A stretch of DNA of 64,000 nucleotides from an archaeon (GTDB lineage Archaea; Aenigmatarchaeota; Aenigmatarchaeia; CG10238-14; SCSR01), in assembly GCA_035288545.1 (NCBI GenBank), contig DATEAB010000045.1, forward strand, positions 1,329 to 65,328, read 5' to 3'. Position 1 is the first letter of the stretch. The number at the start of each line of letters is the position of its first letter. A program made the translations under genes and the position numbers. Under the pieces are notes generated by a model that ran no database searches, was not told where the DNA came from, and saw nothing but the letters and a program-made list of their open reading frames with translations. Below, piece by piece: positions 29,901 to 38,600 of the stretch.

Positions 29901-31416
29901 CTACATTCCCATGGTCGACAATGGCCAGTGCAGTGGGGGATGCGGCGGCAATACCAGTGCATACGGCTGGAACATGACATACATCAATTATACGTACGGC
30001 ATAACCTCTCGCTCGACTGGATGGAACCCATCATGGGCGGGCAAAGTCTGCGTGAAGAACCAGTTCAACGTGACTAGATATGTGCAAGCCAACCAGCTCG
30101 CCATCACGATCAATAGCAGCGTGCGCGTGGCAGTGGTCGACAACCGAACCGCTGGAGTGTACGACACTGTCATACTCAACAACACCGAGGGCAACATAAC
30201 AATTTTGAACACAACAGACATCAATTCAAGGAAGTACGGCTCGAGCGCGCTCTACTTGTGGTCGATAGAGGACTGCGGATATGTGAAGTTTGTCAACGCC
30301 TCGTCAGGCGCGCTGCCTAGCTCAGGCAACTGGGGCGGCTCTCATCAAGCCAACACCAACTTCACCATTCCTTACGTAATCACTCTTGCCAACACGCCTC
30401 AAGCGTCAGTCAACGTCAGCATAAGGTCAATTGGCAAGCAGGACGACCGCGGTTTCGGATTTGAGGGCAAGATGACAGTAGGGGACACGCCAAGAGGGAA
30501 CTACACCTCTGTGCCGGTCAACGCGACGACTGATACGAACGGCATCGCGTTTGTCGGAGTGAATGTCTCGGCAAGCGGGCGCCTTGTTGCTTTCTGGAAG
30601 ATCGACACCACAGCAGGCGACACAGACATAGCCACGATGAGCAGCGCTACATTTTTCGAGTCGAAGGCTTTCAGCACGAACGGCTACAGCGTTTTCGACC
30701 TTCCGATGAGATATGTCAATCTCACTTATGTCGCAAATTCCGGAGGCGGATACCTGGGGGCGTTCGCGGCAGCAAGCGAGCCGTGGGTGTACGCTGCGAA
30801 CGTTACAGAAACGAATGCGAATGATTTTGTCCGCGACGGCACTGCTGCGACTTATTACATTGTCTATGCTCCTAACAGGAACGCCACGAAGACATCAACA
30901 TCAACAGACCTTTCCGGCTCGGCTGCTGACTACCTCAACGCCACAACCAGCATCGGTGGAACGAGTCTGGCAGTGGCATGGATGCATCCCAACTCTTCTG
31001 CGACCGGCTCTCTACAGTTCGTATTTTTCCAGACAAGTCCGCAGGGAAACAGGCCGACGACCGTCACCACAGGGACTGAAAACATAACTGTTGCGGTGTG
31101 TGGGGAAGGATATGAAAAGCCGAACGCGCGGCCGAAGGAAGGGGCTGCAGTCAGGCTGACTGTGACAGACTGGTCTGCATTCCCGCCTTCAACTAAGAAC
31201 TTGCAGATGTATGAGATGCAGAACCACACGGCCATCGCTCTGGGCAGCTCGGCAGTGACAGGACCGAAGGGATGCGCTCTCCTCAACGTCGGCCCAGGCC
31301 AGCTCAGCACGTGGCCGTCAGCAAGCGCAGGCAAGCCTCCAGTGTTCATCGAAGGAACAGTCACCTCGGGCAGCTTGGTTGAGAGCGTGTACGTCACAGA
31401 TGTTTTCAGGATTTAA
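26902..31416 (+). CDS. Giant exported glycoprotein (1504 aa) of tandem beta-sandwich domains
   Basis: Signal peptide, many NxS/T sequons, S/T/G/N-rich beta pattern, no C-terminal TM. Confidence 0.8.
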   Translation: MGVLINSIKILFFIIFLTVIFINYFAFPVLATISLNVSASLTTQLNKNITIKGSIVNTTTSDTIAGINVTAVVNGSGASQTTGADGTFRFNITAPNTPGEKFVTITTNSSSLRTETIPIFATNLTSGSISYVGNFPPFTNGSNMTINITLFNGTIPFANYFPNVSIYKSNGGRISWGIYNYSASTGTGGFITFNVTIPASAEIGQYAIVVERGALFTIFEIRSNYMMAVSTMSTADERTSNFAPSGTVNVLAKVRTTTGNPTSATGISALITLPNGTVRNISLSVHPTLTGQYNKTFTETSASGQYQVAIYAVVAGAQLQANTVFSTKVFEVDLEMQKKFFMEWGGQAAFKAGGVVALDIVPINMTDDTTINVGGAVWPACNTTYLKMVDVTYPNGTSINSSQPIVGVSFSTSQSLTDSVCKINFTAPAVTGAYGLKVNVTVAGVTEQAEGFFAVQKIFLKVSPVSGLGGQEDFMSVVSPGENVTLDMTAYNLTTEAQIDGTSISNIVAKRIVPLEFATGSSELTTLNQSATTGSNPQILVQIPSSVMGPAIVEIEASVGTEKVIGTAFFISNYLSGFLFPASGMGGEGGGDFGGAPFASCSGTLSFRGNVNEVKTGTAAQGVSVVSIIQAREELTGRDVSGMLSIAGTTASDSNGQITINVTFSPSSGYGFSGFYFMIFNASYKGNSAGLPAGFMCKQLDFWPTIQAIGTTQESWRVSPTSGVNVTISNVARLNDSAIITNRSYLTLPTVFNFNPSKGGMKVLIPQNISALNATFVQRGNNYTAVDSNYVSLAIYPQNFTSGGQALTEWPNGFLDLQPRITSVDIDGASDTGFGGFQVVGFDAWIEGWDWGAKGAGQTLSYVVDVRANVSKNVTNAAGENGIVPDTVFVRTSASNNMTGFTVRIGRPWEGEMTTLTAVNATLLSDGWNHSSNTSFERWNVTFVIPQTTKKGEAQLVITVNNSNGQETDIDLWFTITKYTVILPSEEGLGSQPSSPFDAYYIPMVDNGQCSGGCGGNTSAYGWNMTYINYTYGITSRSTGWNPSWAGKVCVKNQFNVTRYVQANQLAITINSSVRVAVVDNRTAGVYDTVILNNTEGNITILNTTDINSRKYGSSALYLWSIEDCGYVKFVNASSGALPSSGNWGGSHQANTNFTIPYVITLANTPQASVNVSIRSIGKQDDRGFGFEGKMTVGDTPRGNYTSVPVNATTDTNGIAFVGVNVSASGRLVAFWKIDTTAGDTDIATMSSATFFESKAFSTNGYSVFDLPMRYVNLTYVANSGGGYLGAFAAASEPWVYAANVTETNANDFVRDGTAATYYIVYAPNRNATKTSTSTDLSGSAADYLNATTSIGGTSLAVAWMHPNSSATGSLQFVFFQTSPQGNRPTTVTTGTENITVAVCGEGYEKPNARPKEGAAVRLTVTDWSAFPPSTKNLQMYEMQNHTAIALGSSAVTGPKGCALLNVGPGQLSTWPSASAGKPPVFIEGTVTSGSLVESVYVTDVFRI

Positions 31417-31502
31417 AGAAAATTAAAATAAAAATTAAATAAAATTGAAAGAAAATTAAAATTGAAACAATATAAAAAAATTAAAAATAAAAAAGTGAAA
31501 AA

Positions 31503-32918
31503 ATGGCAGGAATTGCAAACGCAAACACGGCAAAAAAGAAAAGTAACTTGAAAAATAATTTCATTTGCACTCTGGCATTTGTTTCAATGGCATTTATTTC
31601 GTTTTCAATCTTGTTTTCAATCTTATTACCGCAACAAGTTTTTGCATCAGTGACAGAAGTCACGACATCAGCTTCTGCCAGCAGAGCGACGACTGGAACG
31701 AGCGTGACGATAACAGCTTCGGTAACGGCAAGTTCGACCGAAACAACTTCAGTTAATTTTGTCTCAACCCCTTCCGGGATAACAGTCAGCGATCCTGCGG
31801 GCGGTTCCTATTCCTCAGTCGCTGTGTCCACCTCTCCCACGACTAAGACATTCACAATTTCAGCTGGCAGCGCCAACACTTACACTTATTACGTGCAGGC
31901 AGGAAGCGTTCAGTCAACTTCTGCAACAATTGTTTTCGTTGATCCTTCTGCCATTGTAGTCACAGGTGATCCGAGTTCGACCACTCAAACTAGCGGCAGC
32001 GAGTTTGACATTGAAGTTAACATGGAAAATAGTCAGTCTTCCTCGGTTACAACTTCTTATTCTCTCAATCTTCCTTCAGGTTATTCCGTTACTGCAGGCG
32101 ATGCATCTTCAGATACAATAACCCTTGGGCCAAATTCTATTGTGCAGGTGGCATGGACAATAAAAGTTGGCTCTGCATCAGGAACTATTACTTTTAAAGT
32201 TGGAAGCAATTCAAACGCGTTTTCCACTTCTGTTACTTGTAGTGATTGCGTAACAACTTCTCCGTCCTCCGTAACTGCTGAATTAAAAGCAAGTGCTTCA
32301 GTAATAGGTTCACCATACAACAGAACATTCTTTTCAATCGCTGCTGAAACGATAAAACTTATTCCTGAAACAGATTTGTCAAATACCAATTCAAGGTTTA
32401 CAGAAATATCGTTTGCAGTTAAGGAAAGAGTTACAGACGTTGTATTTTTTGTACAAGGATTTGGTTATCTTGTTAAGCCGAGTGATGCCCCGTCCGTTGA
32501 TCCAGGAAAAGTTTATCGATACATAAAAATTTTAACAACTAATCTCCCTGATGAAAAAATTAAAAACGCCACAGTAAAATTCAAAGTTGAGAAAGCATGG
32601 TTTACTGAAGAAAAAGTCGATGCTTCTACAATCGCGCTTTACCGTTATGTGAATGGAAAATGGGACAAACTGTCGACAGTTAAACTGACTGAGGATGCTA
32701 ACTTTATTTACTACCGCTCTACAATTCCAGGATTTTCATATTTCACAATCGCAGGAGAAGCCCCAACAACAACAGCAACACAACCTCAAGAAACTCAAAC
32801 TACGACAACTACACTGCCGACAGGAGTAACATTTCCAAGTGAAATAATAATTGGAATAATTATAATTTTTGTAATCGTTGTTGCTGTTCTACTGTTCATG
32901 CGAAAAAATAAAAAGTAA
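31503..32918 (+). CDS. PGF-pre-PGF domain cell-surface protein
   Basis: NATVKFKVEKAW...LYRY...W...PGFSYFTI, Thr-rich linker, C-terminal TM and basic tail. Confidence 0.85.
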   Translation: MAGIANANTAKKKSNLKNNFICTLAFVSMAFISFSILFSILLPQQVFASVTEVTTSASASRATTGTSVTITASVTASSTETTSVNFVSTPSGITVSDPAGGSYSSVAVSTSPTTKTFTISAGSANTYTYYVQAGSVQSTSATIVFVDPSAIVVTGDPSSTTQTSGSEFDIEVNMENSQSSSVTTSYSLNLPSGYSVTAGDASSDTITLGPNSIVQVAWTIKVGSASGTITFKVGSNSNAFSTSVTCSDCVTTSPSSVTAELKASASVIGSPYNRTFFSIAAETIKLIPETDLSNTNSRFTEISFAVKERVTDVVFFVQGFGYLVKPSDAPSVDPGKVYRYIKILTTNLPDEKIKNATVKFKVEKAWFTEEKVDASTIALYRYVNGKWDKLSTVKLTEDANFIYYRSTIPGFSYFTIAGEAPTTTATQPQETQTTTTTLPTGVTFPSEIIIGIIIIFVIVVAVLLFMRKNKK

Positions 32919-33031
32919 AAAATAAAATATCGATAATCCTACTTTCATGCATTTAAATTCTAAGAACTAATTTTTATCTAGGGTGTATAAAGATCATTTC
33001 AATCTGGGAAATTTTAAAAGTCGCTAAATAT

Positions 33032-33379
33032 TTGATTATTCCAGGTTTGTTTTTGTTCTATCTCAGTTTTCTTGACGTTATAGTTGCATCAATTCCTGCA
33101 GTCTTCGAGCAGGGATTCGGCGGTTCGGGCGGCGGTGGAGTTGAAGTAATAGGTATGGGATATGCTGTTTCAGTCTCTGTTACACGTCCTTATTTGTTTG
33201 ACCTAATAAGACTGCCTGTTTACGGAGGCCCGCTCGGCGACATTTCTGGAATTCATACAACTTTCTTCGCAATTCTCGGTTTCCTGCTAGTTGCATTTGT
33301 TGCTTGGGATGTTTGGTCATTGCTCAAAGGAAAAACGAGTTATACTTATGGGTCTAAATATCAATGGAGGAAGTGGTGA
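33032..33379 (+). CDS. Small membrane protein, unknown function
   Basis: Two hydrophobic segments; co-oriented in the surface cluster. Confidence 0.6.
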   Translation: MIIPGLFLFYLSFLDVIVASIPAVFEQGFGGSGGGGVEVIGMGYAVSVSVTRPYLFDLIRLPVYGGPLGDISGIHTTFFAILGFLLVAFVAWDVWSLLKGKTSYTYGSKYQWRKW

Positions 33380-33567
33380 CAAAAACTATGGATGGAGTCA
33401 GGTTTGGAAGAAGAGGTTTTGACTGGAGAAAATTGGCGTGGGCAGTTGCACTGGCGGCGTTGCTCGGTTTCATAACAGGATTATTCACAAATTTTCACGA
33501 GGTAAGTTGGGCTGTGTTTTTCATTATTTTGTATCTTGAATACAGATTGACAATGCGACGAATCTAA
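33364..33567 (+). CDS. Small two-TM membrane protein
   Basis: Two hydrophobic helices; overlaps the previous stop. Confidence 0.6.
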   Translation: MEEVVTKTMDGVRFGRRGFDWRKLAWAVALAALLGFITGLFTNFHEVSWAVFFIILYLEYRLTMRRI

Positions 33568-33616
33568 AACATTTATATAGGAAAAAACCAAAATTAATTT
33601 ATCAAATTAGAGGGTT

Positions 33617-34315
33617 TTGATGGAGAAGAAATACAAATATATTCTTAAATTAGGAGTTCCAATTGTCATAGTATTGGCATTAGTCGGTGTTGGAGGTTTC
33701 TATCTAGGTACAACTACTGTAACTACATCGCCTCTTGAAGCATCTATTTTCTCACCGCTCCATGTTGCATTTGTTTGCGTGAGTCCTGTAAGACATCCAG
33801 GCGACCCTGACTCTGTTTTGTCGCAATACGCTGATTGTTCTCACAATGTTTACACCCGTCAGGGAATGAATATGACAAGAGATTATCTCTTCCGTCCTGG
33901 GGCAGGACTACAAGGAATTAACGTGACTAGTTTGGGAGTGACTGGAAACGGAACAGCCCCAGGTCAAACAGGAACTGACAGATGCATAGCAAACGGAACT
34001 TTAGGTGCAGCTGGTTCAGGATGCAATGATTATACCAACAATGGACTGCAACCAGCAGTCGGAAGCGTCTTTGATGTTGTCGGTGGTCCAAGCGACTTCG
34101 GAAACATTTCAATTTCCAAAGTATTTACTTGCACACAATGTACAAACACTGGAATAAACGCAACTGGACTCTACAATTCGACAACAGTCACAGCAGGCGG
34201 AGCCAACTCGACCAGCGTGGGTGGTCTCAGTCTGTTTGCGGAAGCAAACTTCACATCAGCTACACTACAGACAAATGACCAGATAAACGTAACTTGGTTC
34301 GTGTGGACCCAGTAA
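33617..34315 (+). CDS. Exported beta protein resembling phage tail-fibre/baseplate adaptor domains
   Basis: Signal anchor; HNVYTRQG...TGLYNS...LFAEANFTSATLQTNDQINVTW pattern. Confidence 0.65.
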   Translation: MMEKKYKYILKLGVPIVIVLALVGVGGFYLGTTTVTTSPLEASIFSPLHVAFVCVSPVRHPGDPDSVLSQYADCSHNVYTRQGMNMTRDYLFRPGAGLQGINVTSLGVTGNGTAPGQTGTDRCIANGTLGAAGSGCNDYTNNGLQPAVGSVFDVVGGPSDFGNISISKVFTCTQCTNTGINATGLYNSTTVTAGGANSTSVGGLSLFAEANFTSATLQTNDQINVTWFVWTQ

Positions 34316-34380
34316 TTTAAAATTTTTCTTTGAAATTTTAAAATAGTTAAATTTATTTTCTAATTTTTCCAATAAATTAC

Positions 34381-35193
34381 TTGATAATAATGCCATTTCA
34401 AAAACGTCACATTCGATGGACTAAAGGCAAAAAACTTGATAATAAATATAGAGAAAAAATTTCAATCGCAGTGAAAAAATGGAGTGAGAATAATCCAGAA
34501 AAATTTAGGGCTATTTATGAAAAACAAAAGGGAAAACCAAAACATTCTGAAGAATTCAAGAATAAAATGAGTGAAATTAAAAAAGGAAAACATCAGTCTC
34601 CAAATACAGAATTTAAGAAAGGATATCATCAACCTGTTGAATGGATAGAAAAAATGCGACAAAAAAAGTTAGGTATGCCTTCTGATAAGAAAGGGAAAAC
34701 CTATGATGAATTATACGGTAATCAAAGAGCATTAGAAATTAAAGAAAAACAAGCAGAAAGGCATAAAAATAAGAAACTTTCAGAAACTCATCGACTAGCT
34801 ATTAGCATAGCACATAAACAAAATTTTGAAAATGAGAAATTCAAGAGTCAATGGGCAGCTAGATTTCATAGAAAACCTGGACCATCAGAGAAAAAAATGA
34901 TAGAACTGATTAATTTATTTGGCCTTCCCTTCAAATATGTCGGCAATTATAAACTCTGGATTGGCAATAAAAACCCTGACTTTGTGCATACTCAAGGTAA
35001 GAATCAAGTAATCGAGTTATTTGGGGAGTATTGGCATCAAACAAAACCTAATATAAAGTACCATCAAACTACAGAAGGAACTATGGATCATTACAAAAAG
35101 GCTGGTTATAAATGTCTTATTATTTGGAGCCAAGAAATGAAGAATCCTCAACACGTCTTGCAGAAAATAAAGGCATTTTCAGAGGCAAGCTGA
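34381..35193 (+). mobile_element. Free-standing homing-endonuclease-like gene (NUMOD3 repeats plus Vsr/DUF559-like nuclease)
   Basis: HSEEFKNKMSEIKKG and LSETHRLAIS repeats; NPDF...IELFGEYWH...GYKCLIIWSQE; AT-rich. Confidence 0.75.
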
Positions 35194-35384
35194 ACTATCT
35201 ACTTCTCTACAATAACGCTTAAAAGGCATCTTCTACAAATTAATAATATAAAACGTTGTACAACAAATTAAACAACAACATTAATCAATAACGTTAATCA
35301 ACAACATTGTCCTTTGTCCAGAAGTGGTAAGAACTGCGAGCAGCAACGTTTGAGTAAAAGTAGAAATAGCGAGCAGCATTTGGA

Positions 35385-35642
35385 ATGAACGACGAGAACC
35401 ACTTCAAGGAAAGGATAGAGGAAATTTTAGCGAAGCATCCAGAAGGTTTATCTATAGCCGAAATTTCTCGACTTCTTGGCGCGCATAGACACACAGTTAC
35501 CAAATATATCCAATTTCTAATGGGTGCTGGAGTAATTTATCAACGCGATCTCGGCACTGTGAAATTGCATTACTTAGCAAGCAAACTCCCCGAGAAAGAA
35601 AAGCTGCTTCTTGAAAAATTAAACAGGCGGGGTAAAAAATGA
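35385..35642 (+). CDS. Winged helix-turn-helix transcriptional regulator
   Basis: HPEGLSIAEISRLLGAHRHTVTKYI...G...R.LG.VKL. Confidence 0.85.
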   Translation: MNDENHFKERIEEILAKHPEGLSIAEISRLLGAHRHTVTKYIQFLMGAGVIYQRDLGTVKLHYLASKLPEKEKLLLEKLNRRGKK

Positions 35643-38600
35643 AAGTTAATAAAATTATTGCTAATAGAATTATTCTTCTTGCTGCAGTCTTCATCTCATT
35701 TTCATTAATGGGAATTTTTGTTAGTTTAATTCTCTTTGCCGAACCTGCTAAAGCAGAAGTAAGAGTTTGGAGATACAATGCTACTAATGCAAGTCTTTTT
35801 TCCGTGTTTAATAAAAGTGATGATGACACGACAACTCCACCTGCTTGGACTTCAGGATGGGACGGATCAAACGTTAGTGCTAGTTATTATGCAAACGTTT
35901 TAGGTGCTCAAGGCACTGGTATTAACGTTACTTCAGGTGGTCAGAATGACGAACCTTGGGTGAGATTTAATGTAACTATCATTCAAAACAAGTCGCAAAT
36001 TGTTTGGGTGCATGTCTCATTGACGCAGAGGAAAAATTCTTTGGCAGATGGAGGCGAAGATTGCACTTATATTATGGCTAATTATACTTCCTCTGGAGGT
36101 ACGGGACAGTGGTTTAAATTTGCCTCCGATGTCACAGGCATAACAGATACACAAAGATCCTTTAATCTTTCACGTCTGACTGACTCTGATCAGTTTGAAA
36201 ATATTACGGATGGTTATGCAACAGGAAAAAATCTACAAGTCGGTAATCTTGTAATAAGAGCAAACGGTATTAATGAAGATGCTGATGAAGGATGTGTTGT
36301 TACAAACGCTAGCGTACATGTTGGATATGACGACACTGCGCCGATATGGAGCAATGCAACGAACAATTTCACGTACGCCTATCCGAGCATAAAAACTGTT
36401 GCTGCCATGAGAGGTGAACTTATTAACATTTCTGCAAACGTGACCGATAACTACGGCGTGTTTACAGCATGGCTTTTGACAAACGAAACTGGTGGAGACA
36501 GAAACTACACGTACGACCAGCTTGCAAATTCTTCAAACTACACGATAAGAATTTTGGGTGGAGGGTCGATAATAGACCAAGCTCATAACACAACTACTGA
36601 AGGTGCGATGGTTAACTGGACTTGGCAAAACATGACAGGCGCCCCACGTGCAATCAAATGGCATATTTTTGTTAACGACACAGCAAACAACACGAACGGA
36701 ACTACTAACGGCGCGAGCGGAATCGCCGATATAGGAAACTTCACGATGTGGGGATGGGCAAACGTTACTCCTCCTAACTGGCTAAGTTCACAAATGGTGC
36801 CTGCGTCTGCAACTCCAGGCAATGTAGTTTACATACAAGTCAATGTGAGTGACGTGAACTTGACATGGCTAGAGCCAATAAATAGTTACAACGTAACTTT
36901 CTTTTACCGCCAAGAACCAGGAAATTATGTTTCACTTGGAGCCAACTGGACAAATTCTTCAGGAATTGCTGGATTTTACTGGGACACTACTGGCTTGTCA
37001 GGTGGAAGATATTTCCCTATGGCAAACATAACTCACAATGCAACTCTTTTCTACAACACAACTTATGTTCACAATAGCACAAACGGGACTATCGATCTTG
37101 CGGCAGCAGCTGTTGTTAACTACGGTAATGGTACGCTTCAAGTAGGCGTCAGCTCGAGTACAGATAGAGCACAAACTGTGAAAAGAGCACCGATCATCAA
37201 TCTTGTACAGAATCCGATAACCGCCCAAATAGTTGGCCTTTTCAAGTCATTAACAAATGCAATAAACGCCCTGACAAGCATACCTGCAATTTTTGCGCCT
37301 CTAAGACTTTCAATCATATCACCAATTTTGTCCACTCCAATTTCTAACTTTTTCACACAAGTGAAATCAATAGCTCAAGCCATAACTTCAAATTTCGTTT
37401 CTTCAAATCTCGGATATATTTCAAGATCAATAGCAAACGCAATAACAACTTCTCCTTTAACTGCAAGAATAGTTTCCTTAATAAAAATTATAACATCTCC
37501 ATTTGTTTTTGCATTTCAAACCATTGCTGGAAAAGTTTTGCAATTTCAAACATCACTCACATTAAGCGTGACGTCAACCGCTTCAAGAATATTTACAGGA
37601 GTCAGACCGATATCGAATGCAATTACATTTTCTACAATAACTGCCAGAATAACGAATTTCGGCAGAAGCCTGATTAACGCGTTATCATTTAACACAATTG
37701 CAACAAGAACTGCATCGTTCTTCAGAACAATCTCTCAGCCATTTACATTTACTACTCAAGTAACGGGCGTGTTCGCGCAGGGCGTTCAAGTTATTAACAG
37801 AGCTGTGGAACTGGCACTTTCAATAACCAATACAGCAACAAGAATTTTCACAGCGGTAACATTTCCAACACAGCAGCTTTCTTTCACAACATTAGTGCAG
37901 AGAATAACATTGCTAAACAAAGCTTTAACCAACACACTTTCATTTAACGCTCTAGCAATTAGATCAGCAACGTTTCTAAGAATTGCATCTCAATCATCCA
38001 CCTTCTTAACAAACGTTACAACTGCAATAACTATACTCACGTCACGAGTTGCTACTTTAACGATTTCTATGATAAACACAGCAACAAGAATTTTCACAGC
38101 GGTAACATTTCCAACACAGCAGCTTTCTTTCACAACATTAGTGCAGAGAATAACATTGCTAAACAAAGCTTTAACTAACGCAATATCATTTAACACAATT
38201 TCTTCCAGAATTGCGATATTTTCTCGTCAAGTTTCCCAACCCTTTGTTTTCAGTTTCGATCTTTTCACTAGAGTAATTGTTGGAGGAATTGCAGAAAGAA
38301 CTGCTGCTTTGCAAATATCATTAAGTAATTCGGCATCAGCTGTTTTAACTGCAGCACGTTTTCCAACATCAGCAATAACTACAAACACAATAGTATTAAG
38401 AACGCAACTTCTTTTCAAAGCACTTTCACAAACTCTAAACTTCTCAACAATATCGGCAAGAATACTCTCAACAACGAGAACAGTCTTCACAAACTTAACA
38501 TTCTTAACTTCGAGCATTAGGACAAGAATAGTACCAAGAGTAACAACTGCAGCGATTACGTTCTCTAACGCAATTGAAAAATCATTATTATTTGTAAGAC

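Noticed and set aside
37832..38175. Possible DGR template/variable repeat pair
   Set aside because: Copies are identical with no adenine-specific differences, both lie mid-gene, and no reverse transcriptase is present
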